A DNA stretch of 64,000 bases from Octopus sinensis (taxonomy: Eukaryota): positions 35,092,001 to 35,156,000 of the forward strand of contig NC_043004.1 of NCBI RefSeq assembly GCF_006345805.1, in the 5' to 3' direction. Below are positions 50,319-63,186 of the stretch, one piece after another (positions within the stretch are counted from its first letter, which is position 1; each line of letters begins with the position of its first letter). Both the position numbers and the translations under genes were made by a program. The notes beneath the pieces were generated by a model. The model did not search any database. It was not told the DNA's origin and saw only the letters and a program-made list of their open reading frames with translations.

Positions 50319-50921
50319 ATTCATTATTGTCATTTAAATCCATATTCTATGCATGTATGATCTGGACGGTTTGGTGCGACCCAATGAGTCTAAGGACTGC
50401 ACTGTGCTTCAATGTTATTTTGGCAATATTTCTACAGCTGAAAACCCTTCCTAACGCCAACCATTTTACAGCATGTACAGTGTGCATCTTAAATATCATC
50501 AGCACAAGTGAGGTAAGCATGCAGCTTGCAAATTATGAACCCTGAGGAAGGGGAGGTCAGATTTATGCTGGGAGACTGGAGGGCTTTCTGCTTCAAAAAG
50601 AAGTGAAAAATTCAGGAACTGCAGTCTGATGAATACAGCAGAACTTTTCAGGCCAACAAATTCCTACCACACAATCAACTCTTGGAACCGAACTTTAACA
50701 GTAATAATAATCAAACCATATATCATCTATTTGTCTGAATGTTTTATTGCACTCTATTGCGTTTTTGTTCCATTTTGATATTTTTATATAAAGGCGGTGC
50801 TCCAGCATGGCCGCAGTCAAATGATTGAAACAAGTAAAAGAGTAAAAGAGAGAGAGTGCCATGATTGACTGCTAAATCCACAAGTTTATTTAATTCTTTC
50901 TCTGTTTATTTCCTTCTGATC

Positions 50922-50956
50922 CTTTCTGTTGAAGACCGTAGGCTCGCAATGCAAAA
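50922..50956 (+). ncRNA. Decayed hammerhead-like motif of the CTGT(T/G)GA family, in a Penelope-like tail (50900-51045)
   Basis: cttt CTGTTGA A GACC gtag GCTC GCAA TGCA aaa is a paralog of 13692-13729 with the GAAAC-GT motif mutated. Confidence 0.4.
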
Positions 50957-53834
50957 TACTTTCTCACCTTCCTGAGTGTCAAACTAATACACCTGCTTGT
51001 TGTTTATACACCTGTCTTCATCTTTAGTTTTTCTGTAAATTTCAATTATATATATATATATATATATATATACATACACACATACACACAAACATATCCA
51101 TGTCACTATGTGTTATGGCTTTATGGCTTGGCCATGTATCTCCTCTACAGCAAAGCACTTGTTCCTGTCTCTCATTCAATTGAAGGGGCTTCTTATTTTG
51201 TTTTGTAAGCTACATGATAATCACATTACTGCTGGTGTCACAAAAGAGCAAACAGTACACTTTGTAAAGTGATTAGGAAGTGCAGCCAGGGGCAGAAACC
51301 ATGCAAAAGCTGACAGTGAAACTCAATGCAGTCCTCCAGCTCATCAGATCCTATCAAACCATTCAACCCATACAAGCAGAGAAGAGAGATGTTTGTTGAT
51401 GATGATGATTCTGATATGTGTTTGTATTTATGTAAGGAGAGAGCGGGGTGGTTGTGCTGTGAGAACAACTGTAAACAAAGAAAAAAACTGTATTATTTCA
51501 CATTTTGCTACACATGTATACAATATAACTAGGAAGCTTCTACATGGTTGCTGAATTTGCAAGAAACAGTAGCCAAATTTCTCTTGTAGCCAAATTTCTC
51601 TACCCCTCTGAAATAAAAAATAAAAGAAGGAAGACATATGAAATAGTGTAATCCTGGAATTGATATTAAAAAGACAGCATGTTTTGAGTGTGAAATACCT
51701 TTTATCATAAACTGGCTTGATTATCACCTACAACAACCAATCATATACACATGCTTTACACAAAAGAAAGTAAACTGATTTAAAGACATGATGACATATC
51801 TTAAGAGGTTGGGGTCATTCTGTCAATAAGTTGCATGTTTTTTTGTTGTTTTTTTTACCGTCCAAAGATGCAATAGCATTTTATTCTTTTTTCAGTTTTG
51901 CTGAAAGAAGTTAAAGTAAAAAGTAAATCTCAAAAGTAGCACTAGACATTAATTTTTATGAAAAGATTAGTCATTTTGCTTCTTAAAGCAAAATGACTAA
52001 ATACAAAATAAATTGAAAGATTAAAAAAAAACTCATTAAAGTCCTTTCTTTATGAATTATAACAAATTGTAACAGACAAGCAAATCTCTTTTTGAGGTAA
52101 TTAATTTTAATTTCAGAGAAAATATTCATGTTGTTTTATGAACATCATTTATCAGTAAAAGAGTAAGCTACTTGAAGTCAAATTGGGTCTAATTGTAAAT
52201 AGCTGTGCTCATCGAACAAAGATTGCTTAATTCAATTAACTTGTCACAAATTAAGTTCTAATAACATCAGAACAAGAACAAGATGAAGAAGAAGAAGTCT
52301 TTCTTTTGATGAGTCTTTGTGATTGACTCTGATGCTATTTTAATTAGTCACTCTTTTGTCTGTCATCTCTCCTTTGGACAACCCAACATGAACAAAACTG
52401 AACACAAAGCATGTACGCAGTTTAAAGTTTACTGAAATGAATTAACTCTCAAAAGCAATTAGTATTTCAGTCACTGATAACAGAACAGTCTCTATTGGGT
52501 GCTATAAATAGAGCAGCATCCTCAAAGTTAACAAATATAACACAAGTTATATCATAGAGACCAAACAGAGAGAGAAGCTGGTTAAGTATATAAGGTATTA
52601 GACAACTAATTAAGGAGTAATGAACCGGAAGTCAACACCTGCTGCAGATCTTTTAGTTTTGTTATTCTTTAGCCCCAGGTCAGCTCTGACTGAGTAAGCC
52701 TATGATCAAAGACATTCCTGCTGTGACCACCTCATCTTTATCATGATGACATAGTGTTTGCAGAATCACAGTAAAGAGTGATTTGAGAAAAATTGGTAGC
52801 AATATGTTGCTAGCAGAGCTATTAGCATGGTGGATGAAATGCTTGGCATCTTTTTGCCCACCTTTATGTTCTGAGCTCAAAATGCCGGCTTAGTGCCAAA
52901 ATTTGAGACCAATAGGTTGCAGTATGAGCAACTGTATATAAGCTCTCTCACCCTTTTGCTATTATTGTTTAGCCCCAGGTCAGCCCTGACTAAGCAAATC
53001 TATCAAAAAAGACATTTCAGTTGTAACCATCCCAGCTTTTCTAGGGCTACAAAAACTGCATTACCCTTCCTTATTTAAGACTTCATAGAGTAGTTTGCCT
53101 ACTATTTCTTGCAGAGCAATTGACCCTGCAGAAGCATACTTGTTCCTCTTGTTGTGGTGTAGAAACTGTCACATTTTACTTTACTTACCAAACTTAGCTC
53201 TTGCCTTTGACCAGGCCTCGACAGGATAGCTTTTTCCAGTTTAAAAACATGAATGTCATCTATGTCTAACTGTACTACTGTCAGTTATCAGCTCATAAGT
53301 ATTCTAGCTTTACAAAGAAGAAAATATATCTCAACATTTCTCTACACATTAACCGGTGAACTTGATAAAACAAAAAAATAAACATATTTTCCTAAGCACT
53401 TTTACTGCCCCACATATCTAATAGAATTAAATATACAACATGCTTATAAATACTTTTATGCAAAATTTGTCTTGATTGAGGCTATAAATTAAGGTTAGTT
53501 ACATACTGGTCTGAATTTTGCTCCATTTAAAACTGTATTTACAAGAATGTCCTCTGTAATAACTATTGCCTTTTTCTCCCCAAAATTCAAGAGAGATCTG
53601 TGTTTCTGTTAGTATGCATATAAAAGTAAATTTATATATAATTCATTCTTGGTCCTTCTATACCTATGAAATAGTCTTTAATTTTCTGTCTTAATTTATA
53701 CAAATGAGATAAATTTCACAAATCTTGAGCTTTTGAGTCATTAAAGCAGGATTTTTTACTGTGTCTTCCACAGCTAATTCAGTATATGGGAGACAGATAA
53801 CCAGTCTTCTTCTTTGACCTAATATGGTAATACT

Positions 53835-54048
53835 TATTTCTTTACTACCCACAAGAGGCTAAACACAGAGGGGACAAACAAGGACAGACAAATGGATTAA
53901 GTCGATTACATCGACCCCAGTGTTCCACTGGTACTTAATTTATCGACCCCGAAAGGATGAAAGGCAAAGTCGACCTTGGCGAAATTTGAACTCAGAATGT
54001 AGTGGCATTTTGCTCGGCGTGCTAACATTTCTGCCAGCTCGCCACCTT
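53835..54048 (-). mobile_element. SINE family C, full length
   Basis: tttactacccacaagaggctaaacac...ggatgaaaggcaaagtcgacc...ttctgccagctcgccacctt. Confidence 0.88.
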
Positions 54049-54284
54049 AATAATATGGTAATACTAATAATCACAATCCTTCTTCTATTGGCGCATGGTT
54101 TGAAATTTTTGTGAGTGGGGATTTGTCAATGTAATCGACCCCAGTTGAAAAAAAACAAGAGAGTAATGACACTTGTCAAGGTAAAACTGTTTTATTGGTG
54201 GCATTAAAGTTGACTGCTTTTACACCTAGACTCTGTTGGTGATATTATCCAAACCATTGAATATATATATATAACACACGTAAC

Positions 54285-54570
54285 TGTGCCGGTGGCATGT
54301 AAAAAGCACCATCCGTATGTGGTCAATGCCTGGCTTCCGTGCCGATGGCACGTAAAAAGCACCAGCTGATCCTGGCCATTGCCTGCCTCCCCTGTCGCGT
54401 AAAAAGCACCCACTACACTCATGGAGTGGTTGGCGTTAGGAAGAGCATCCAACTGCAGAAACACTGCCAGATCAGACTGGAGCCTGGTGCAGCCTCCTAG
54501 CTTCCCAGACCCCGGTCGAACCATCCAAACCATGCTAGTATGGAAAACGGACGTTAAACGATGATGATAT
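54285..54570 (+). mobile_element. Family B retroposon
   Basis: Tandem units, then cacccactacactc...ggacgttaaacgatgatgat. Confidence 0.85.
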
Positions 54571-56810
54571 GCGTGTGCATGCATGTTATGTATGTTTGTG
54601 TGTATGTATGTAATTATATGTATGCTTGTCTAATTACACAAGAAGCCATATATCATTCTTGCTTTATACAGAAATTAATGGCATTAAAACATAAAACATT
54701 TTCTGTTGTAAAATCAAAACAAAAATCTTTGAAATGAAAATCTTTTAGTCTGAAAATTAGAAGACCTTGGTAAGCAAGGAAAAAGGACTTGAAAATACCA
54801 TAAATATCACAAAAGATCATATTCCTGCTAACTCATTTAAATAAAGATTCTATGTGCAGACTTGTGAAACTAATGCAAAAAACAGTTGATTTGCTGAGAA
54901 TAAGTACCGCTTTAATCTATTTCTCTAATTATAAAATCTCATAATTACATAGCAACAGAATGTATGGACAGGACTTGAACTTGTGTCCAATGAATTTATA
55001 ATCAAGAATTCACTTCTACATAAGAAAGAACTGGACTTCATTGCAAATATATAGTTTAACTTTACCAAGACAAATTGTTTCTCTATTATTTGGAGAAGAA
55101 ATGTAAAGCAGCTTGCTTCCTATCAGAGTTTTATTCTTGCCACAAATGTAATACAAAAGAAATTACTTCTGCAATATTTTTGATCTCTAATTAATATTCT
55201 GCAAAATTAAGCTTTTCCCCTCCCTCTTTCTCCTCCTCTTCACTAGCAGTAGGTAATTTTTTTCTGTTTGTTTAATGGTGATTATAGAAATCATGCCATT
55301 TATCTGATGGCTATATCTCCATTGACCGGAAGCTACCTGATAAAGCATCAAATAGCAAGTTCATTAAGTCAGAGAAAATTTCTTGTTTCAACAACATAAC
55401 CAAAAATTTCCTTCAGGCATTTTAACTAAGACAATGCTTTATTCCATCAATTTCTGTTTTCTTCAAATAATAATTTAAATTTCTAGCATGGTGTGAACTC
55501 CTTTGATCTCTGATGCAGTGAAAGATTATTGAGATAATTCTGTTGAGGAACAGGATGTCAATTTGTCTGAAATCTTTGGCTAGGCTTCAGAAATAATACC
55601 TTCTCTTTGAGAAGACACTGGGATGCTTGCCATAATATTACATCCTCAATTATATCCAAAATTCTCTCAGCTCAGAAGAACTGCCGATTCTTGGGATAAA
55701 ATTACCTAAAAGCCATAATCACTGTTGAAGACGTTCATAAAAATTATCTAATCTATGAACATATTTATCTATCTCTATAACAAATTTACATCTTTATCAG
55801 AATTTTCAGCAGGGCTATTTGTTGATGTTATTTATTCTTGATATCCTTGAGTGTGCCCTTCAAGTAATAAAAAAAAAAAGAAACATAAACTTGGGTATAA
55901 CCCAAGAATATTTACGTTATGGTTATGATACGATAAGAACATTTGATACATGTGTTAGCAAGTAGTCTAGCACTTAATTTATACATGAAATTCTCGTAAG
56001 AAAAGTGATAGACTTGAAATGACCCATCCAATTATTTGTTTTTGATATTTGTAAAATTTCACATTTAACAACATATATGCACATGAATGTATGCAAGTTT
56101 ATGTGTGAGCCTGTGTGTGTGTATACTTACTATTTATAAAGATATAAAAAGATGGCAAATTGGTAGAAGTGTTAAATAGACTGTGATATTTGCTCTGGCA
56201 TTTTGCAGTTTGAGTTCAAATCCTGCCAAGGTCCACTTTATTTTCCATCTTTCTGGGTTGATAAATTGCCACCCCAGGACTGTAGATTGACAAAATTATT
56301 TAAGTATCAAAGAAGATGGTTTGTATTTGGTTTAGGTCTTTGTATTCTGAGTTCATGTTCTGCTATGGGTCTTAGATATAAATGTTGGTGGAGCACACCA
56401 GACTGTGGCCCCTACATTTCTCTGTAATTGGGCAAACATTCCATCATCTCAAAACAGTTGGGCCATTCTTATAGGGACTTTGAAGATCAATATCTGTAGG
56501 TATTGACCTTATGGTTCTTTTTCCACAGTAACGAAATTCCCAAATGAATACCCCTTGAATTTCAGCAATCTTAAAACTATTTCAGCCTTACTTTGGCATA
56601 GTTTCTACAACTGGACACCTTTCCTAAAGCCACTCATTCTACAGAGAATTCTGAGTTCTTGTTTGTGATTCTATTGCTCGCAAAGTATCCCTGTAGCGCA
56701 GAAGATTAATGATCACCCCAGAATGAGTGGGAGTGTTAAGAGCTGAGATGTTAAAGTATGATAGACCAATATCAATGGCTTTCTTGCTGTTAAGGAGATA
56801 TATAATAGGC

Positions 56811-57121
56811 ACATTATTTACATTTGACGGATATTTGTCCTCATCTTGTTTGTTATTAACACAACGTTTCAGCTGATATACCCTCTAGCCTTCATCAGGT
56901 GTCTTGGGGAAATTTCAAACCTGGGTTCTCATTCTTGAGGTATTTTTGGATGTTATTATTATTCAGGTCACTGCATGGAATCAAACTCAGAATCTTGGGG
57001 TTAGTAGCCCTTGCTCTTAACCACTACTCCATACATCTGATGAAGGCTGGAAAGTACATCAGCCAAAACGTGTTTTCAACAAACAAGATGAGGACAAATA
57101 TCCGTCAAATGTAAATAATGT
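56811..57121 (-). mobile_element. Composite retroposon: tRNA-like head, linker, hammerhead-bearing Penelope-like tail, plus an inverted second tail
   Basis: A ~90-bp inverted repeat (56811-56902 / 57031-57121) flanks a spacer. On the minus strand the spacer has an A box TGGAGTAGTGG (57031-57021) and a B box GAGTTTGATTCC (56988-56977). Confidence 0.75.
56858..56903 (-). ncRNA. Minimal type I hammerhead ribozyme motif
   Basis: GACAC CTGATGA A GGCT agagggtatatc AGCT GAAA C GTT GTGTT. Stem I is gacac/gtgtt and stem II is GGCT/AGCT with one G-U pair. The core is intact, stem III is ACGT and the site is GUU. Confidence 0.7.
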
Positions 57122-57518
57122 ACCTAATTCCTCATCTCTTAAATATATAACTGTAATATATAAGGTTTACCCAAATATAATATAGGTAAACCATATATAT
57201 GTGGGGGTGGGAGTAATTGAATAGGAGCTGGAAAGAGAGAGAGAGAGAGAGATGGAAATAACAGTGGTTAGGTGTCTGAGAGATGCCTCAAAGTACAAGA
57301 AGAGGAAGTGAAAAGAGTATGAGGAAGGGTGGGTGCAGAAAAGCTGAAAGAGCATAGGAAGTTGAGAGATGAGGTAGAAGAGAAGGAGGAGGAGGTTGTG
57401 AATGGTGAGAAAAGGTGAAGGGTTAGGGTTGTTAGTAAATACGAGAAAGAATCCACAAATACTAATATTTCTATGGTGATTCCTATACATTAGTCAAATA
57501 TGAACGCAACTGACAATG

Positions 57519-57592
<74 letters not shown>

Positions 57593-58437
57593 GGGTGGAG
57601 GGGGTTAGAGAATATAAAGCAGCAATACATTGGAGTTGATTCAATTAATTATTTCCTCTATTTCATAAAGTAAATTAGCTTGATAAAGAACTTTAGAAAT
57701 GTACAAAATAAAGTTGGCACCAGCAATAAACAAAGGTCAGTATTTAGTAAAAAGAAACTCTTGGCTCTGCTAGCAGAGAGAAATGGATTTACAGTAGCTG
57801 CTGGTTGGTTTTGTGCCTGCATTTCCACTTGTTATTTTTATTTGCCAGAATGCTTGGAACACTTATTGTTAATGTTTGCCGATGCAAAACTCTGTCCAAA
57901 ATGTTAGTCTCTACATTATATTATGCTAAACCAACATCTTTTCTATTTTTATTTCTAAATTGATCCATGCTACTGCAGATCATTACCAGCCAATCAATTC
58001 CAATCATTAAAAGGGCTGAGAGAAAATACGTCAGGAGAGCTTCCTGCATACTAAACAGGCATAATACACTGAGGTCTCACATAGCTAATACTGTGAGTTG
58101 TAAAACACCAAATTAACTAAGATTAACCATGTAATTAGTAAATAACAGCTCCCTCTTGGGGATTTTAAAATCAAAGAACAATAAGCAAGGAAGATAGATT
58201 TAATAACATCAGCTAACATACATTTTCGGGAAATAAAACTGATGTGGATAGACAAGTGGATCTTGTCTATAAAGCCATTTCTGCCCTACTAGGCCTCAAC
58301 AGTGGAATATATTCAGTTTGGTTGGCAAAGCTAAATGATGATCAGTATACATAGAGAAGTAGCAGCAGTCCTGATTATGAATATCATTGAGAGAGCAAAG
58401 TGAAGGAACCCCAGAGTAGTAATCTACAAACTGAATA

Positions 58438-58939
58438 TCTATATATATAAAACTGTAGTTGTGTGAGTGTCTGTCCCCTTCGATTTAGATTCCTAACTAC
58501 TCCCACATTTTGCGGTGCAGTTTAACCAAATTCAGGTATCTTATAGTCGTGATTCATATCAAGCCCGTCTGAGTATTAGCGCGCGTCTACGATTTAAAAA
58601 ATAATTTAACATCATTTTTTATTCCATTTTAATGCATAATTTTTTGTGTGTCGATGGCGGCGGAGTTGGCGTCCATGGTCACACCTGCACCTGTTTGCTT
58701 CTCCCCCTTCTTCCCTCCCTCGTGAAGCTGTGGGGAAGGGAGTGTAAGGAAATCAACGTCGTAAAGCGTTGTCAAGGAGACCAGCGTTCTTTTAGAACAA
58801 CGACTTCATGTCTTGAAGACACCAAAACAGAAATGGCTAAGAAAGCCCGAATTGGCATCTATAAGGGAAGTAACTCTCTAAAAATGCTTATATAGTTATT
58901 TCCCTTACAAACCCGAGCAACGCCGGGCGATACTGCTAG
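58438..58939 (+). mobile_element. Non-autonomous Helitron (502 bp)
   Basis: Starts A|TCTATATATATAAAACTG...gtgtctgtc. Ends with the hairpin cccgagcaacgccggg (58912-58927) and CTAG|T. Confidence 0.8.
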
Positions 58940-60069
58940 TATGTGTATAAAAGAGTTTCACATATGTAATGCAGTGAGGTGAAAAAGTCACCCCCTTTTT
59001 TTTTTGTAACTGTATCTGATTGCTTTTTGTGAACTCAGCTCTCAATGTTGCGAGGGAAAGAACCTGTTTAAATGAGAATATAAAAAAGGAGAAAGCAAAG
59101 TCTTCAGTGTGAGTATGTGGTTTTGTGGGGTTGACCGCGTCCTCCACTTCATTTTTTGTAAATCACTCATTCTCATTTAATTGTATATATTTTATTTGTT
59201 TGTTTATTCATACATTTTGTCTCATTCGATACCCTGACCCCTATATTTGTTTTGTCTGTCCTCGTATCGTCCCCTCTTTTTCTCAACCTTATGGTGAATA
59301 AAGAAATTCTCTTCTTATAGTTGGTCTTTTTTAGGCTGTTATAGAAGAGGAATGAGCCTAATGTATAACTGGTATGTATTGATTTAAATGAGAGAGCCTA
59401 GACAGGATTGTTCAACTGATTAGATATAACAGTCAAATCTCTTTCAAACCACACTTTACTGTCTCAAAATAATGACAGACAGAATATGGTAGCCCAGTGT
59501 ATACTGTGCCTGAACAAGCAGATTGAAGCCATTAATGCCAGAAATTCTTTGACCATGGATCAGTTCAATCAAGGTCTGACATAGAATTAAGCAGCAACAT
59601 TGACATTTTGGCACATATTTTATTTACCATATTTGGAAGAAAGAGTGAGTCGAACTGTTGCAGGATTAGATTAGAATGATGAAACAGAGACGGATAAAAC
59701 TAACATCTTGTTGCCATTTCATCCAATACTTACCATTTCTGTCATTCACAACCTTCTTCAGATTAGGCTTTCATCTTTAACTTGACATTAATGCCATGCA
59801 TTTTCCAAGAAAGAGAACAAAATTTGGGTCTGAGGTATTGAAGCCTTTCTTGAAGACAAATGAGAAAAGAAAGAATGAATTTCAACTGGAACTGGTTTGT
59901 ATTCCTTACTAGCCAGAATCTCACTTGTTGCTGTTGTTGTTGTTAATGTTTAGTCTGAGACAAACTCCAGTGAAGCGAAACTATGACCAAAGATGTTCCA
60001 TTTGAGACCATCAGGTTATTTTTATTTTATATAAAAGATTACATTGTCCGGTGTATCCTACAAATTTAA

Positions 60070-60277
60070 CCCTTTCATTACTGTATTTATTTTGAGATGC
60101 TCTGTGTTTCTTTCAATTACTTTAAATATAACAAAGAATTTAGTTATCGTTCAGCTAGTGTTAGGAACATAAATTGTGATTAAGGTTTGGTGGAAGATTT
60201 TAATTCTAAAGTTATGAAAACAAGACATTTGTACTTCAGAGCCAGAGCTGATTTCAGCCGGGTTGGTAACAAAAGGG
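60070..60277. mobile_element. piggyBac-type MITE, second copy
   Basis: TTAA-ccctttcattac...gtaacaaaaggg-TAAA; paralog of 17683-17902. Confidence 0.82.
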
Positions 60278-60644
60278 TAAAGGCAATAGAACGTGATATG
60301 CAGAATTTCAGCTGCTATTTCTAGCAGACTGAGCAACGCTGAAGAAACCAATTATTATGTGAAAGCAATCATTAGCATTGTTAAGTCTTCATCAATGTAA
60401 ACTTGGTTTAATAGCATGAGAAGCTAAAAGACCCAGATGAAATAGAAACAAACACAGCCAAGTGCCTGAAATATAATAATGAAAATACTTTCTAAAATAG
60501 TTGGAGAGCAAAATCAATCAGATCAATAGGTGATAGAGAGTGTTATTGTTGTAGTTGATGATTGGGTGGTGATGGCTATGGTAGGAGTGGTGGTAGCAGG
60601 AGTAATTATGACTGGTAATAGTAGCAGTGGAAGTCATGTGACGG

Positions 60645-60832
60645 TCATGGCGAGCTGGCAGAAACGTCAGCACGCCGGGCAAAATGCTTATCGGTATTTT
60701 GCCCTTCATCCTTTCAGGGTCGATTAAATAAGTACCAGTTACGCACTGGGGTCGATATAATTGACTTAATCCGTTTGTCTGTCCTTGTTTTTCCTCTCTC
60801 TGTTTAGCCCCTTGTGGGTAGTAAAGAAATAG
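60645..60832 (+). mobile_element. SINE family C with internal deletion
   Basis: ggcgagctggcagaaacgtcagcacgccgggc...ccttcatcctttcagggtcg...tagtaaagaaatagg. Confidence 0.85.
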
Positions 60833-61178
60833 GTCATGTTGGTAGTAATAGTGATAATTGTGGTGGTGGTGGTTGTGGCGGTTGATTTCAAGTCCATTTT
60901 GCAGTTCGTGAAATGATTAACAAAGAGAAACTTGTTTACATTTGTCTTCAACATATGAAAAATAAATAAATTACAATGTCTCTTATTTATTTTATACTTT
61001 TTGTTTTTCTCATTCTGTCATTAGTATGTGTCTGTGTGTCACACAAAATACACATAATGAGAAAAATTAATATAAATAAAAGACATAGGTACAGTGTAAT
61101 ATATATTACAGTGTTAATTGGAAAATTAGATATATCTTATAATACATTTCAAATTTTATAAGTAATGTATATGTCAGT

Positions 61179-61223
<45 letters not shown>

Positions 61224-61254
61224 AATCATCATCGTTTAATGTCTGTTTTCCATG

Positions 61255-61312
<58 letters not shown>

Positions 61313-61695
61313 AGGAAAATAATGATTTCACTGGTAGTTCTAATCAATTTAATTTTCTTATAACATAATTTTACACTTTGGCTTGTAGATCTAGTAAGTT
61401 CTTTGCTAACTTTGAGATTTTTTTAAAGGTTTCTAGTTAACTTTTCTGGAGAACTTTCTTGCATTCATTGGTGGCAGTTGTCAAATATATATATATATAT
61501 ATAATAATAAATATTAGGGAATAAATCCAAATTTACAGGGAAAAATCAGATTTAGGATTGAATCCAATTTTATAGTAAAATATTATATTATATTAAATTA
61601 GAGACAAAACCACTATTATGCAAATCAAACAAAGAAAGACTTAAGCCAATACATAAAATAATTTATATAAATTTAGAAATTTAACAATTATAAAT

Positions 61696-61756
61696 AACCA
61701 CTACGATCGTTTCATGTCTTATTTCAGCACATCTTTGAAACATTCTTCAGGTGGTT
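61696..61756 (-). ncRNA. Type I hammerhead ribozyme motif with intact core and palindromic stem III, in a Penelope-like inverted-repeat unit (61585-61832)
   Basis: AACCAC CTGAAGA ATGT...ACAT GAA ACGATCGT A GTGGTT. Stem I is 6 bp, stem II is ATGT/ACAT or longer, stem III is ACG-AT-CGT and the site is GUA. Confidence 0.75.
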
Positions 61757-61823
61757 TCAAAACCTTCTTGGCGAGTTTTAAATTATGTTTGATTTGCATA
61801 ATAGTGGTTTTGTCTCCAATTTA

Positions 61824-61884
<61 letters not shown>

Positions 61885-62491
61885 AGAGAGAGCATACTGT
61901 TCCGTGAAGTTAAGGTCGAAGCAAAAAAGTACTCCATCTGTTGAAAGGCAAATATTATTTAATAAACACAGTATATATTTTTGTAAGCTACTAAAAGTTT
62001 CATGTGATGGAAACAACTCAGCATTTTATAACATGTTTGGTGCCTTCACATAATCCTCGGGCTCTGTCCACATGGCATAACAATCTAAAATAACAGAATC
62101 AGAGAAAATACAAGAAAAGACAAGAAGAAAGTACATGCAAAAGGTGGAAGTTTGGAAATACTAGAAAATGAAAAAAAAAGGGAGAATTAGAGGTGAATGG
62201 ATAGGGGTCTAGAGTTTGCAGTACATCGGTTCAATTCAGAGAGGGTGGTGTTTGCCATTCTACTAACGGGAATTTATCCATATGTTTATGTCTGTTGAAA
62301 AATTTCAGATTTGGGTATTCTTCAGTGCAGTGGATTTCTTAGATCTGTGGTCTTTCAGCTACGCATAGCTTATATATATCATCATCATCGTTTAACGTCC
62401 GTTCTCCATATATATATATATGTATTTATTTAATATATATATATAAATAGTTAAATTTGCACTGTTTGTATGCTTGAGATGTAGGCTTAGA

Positions 62492-62555
<64 letters not shown>

Positions 62556-62562
62556 GAACCAT

Positions 62563-63006
62563 GGCAATTTATTTACACACTGTGTATTACATAATATATG
62601 ATATCACATAGTTTTCATAAACAGTCCTACATAGTACCCTGTGAGTCAAATATATGCAGGTGTATATGGAGTTGATAACCATTAGGATCCAAACCAATTG
62701 ATATATATATACAGGGGGCAATGGGTAAATTCTCACCATTTTATAATTTTAATTTCACGTATGCGCATTATTATTTATGTTTGTGTATATATATATATAC
62801 ACAAAATGTGACCTCATGAGTACCGTTGGCGATTTTTCTTCCTCTGTCTTCCCTTCTCGGGATCTTTTCTTCTATGTTTCTGACGAAGAACTCCGCTCGA
62901 AACATTAAACCCTCCTTCTTCCCTTCTTTCCTGAGCATCCAATAATACTATATTTGTTCCACGTCCTCACGTTGTTGTGTTTTTTTTTGCGTTTTCTTGT
63001 TTGGAT

Positions 63007-63037
<31 letters not shown>

Positions 63038-63186
63038 CAGTTGGTTTGGATCCTAATGATTAATGGTTATCCATTCTATAGCCACCTGCATATATTTGAC
63101 ACACAGGGCACAATGTAGGACAGCTTATGAAAACTATGTGATATCACATCACATTATGTAATACACTGTGTGTAAATAAATTACCT
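62563..63186. repeat. ~140-bp diverged inverted repeats (62563-62702 / 63037-63186) enclosing younger inserts
   Basis: ggcaatttatttacacactgtgtattacataat...taggatccaaaccaattga versus tcagttggtttggatccta...atacactgtgtgtaaataaattacc. Confidence 0.8.
62876..62910 (+). ncRNA. Decayed type I hammerhead motif in a Penelope-like tail (62815-63010)
   Basis: gttt CTGACGA A GAAC tcc GCTC GAAA C ATT aaac. There is one stem II mismatch and a GTT-to-ATT change at the cleavage triplet. Confidence 0.55.

Noticed and set aside
51500-51610. Strong-looking minus-strand acceptor with a downstream ORF
   Set aside because: The downstream sequence is the common dispersed repeat tail (gagaaatttggcta...), with a local 16-bp tandem duplication.
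53188-53270. Possible 81-nt minus-strand exon LDIDDIHVFKLEKAILSRPGQRQELSL with a GTAAGT donor
   Set aside because: The donor is good but the acceptor lacks a polypyrimidine tract, and no homology was recognised.
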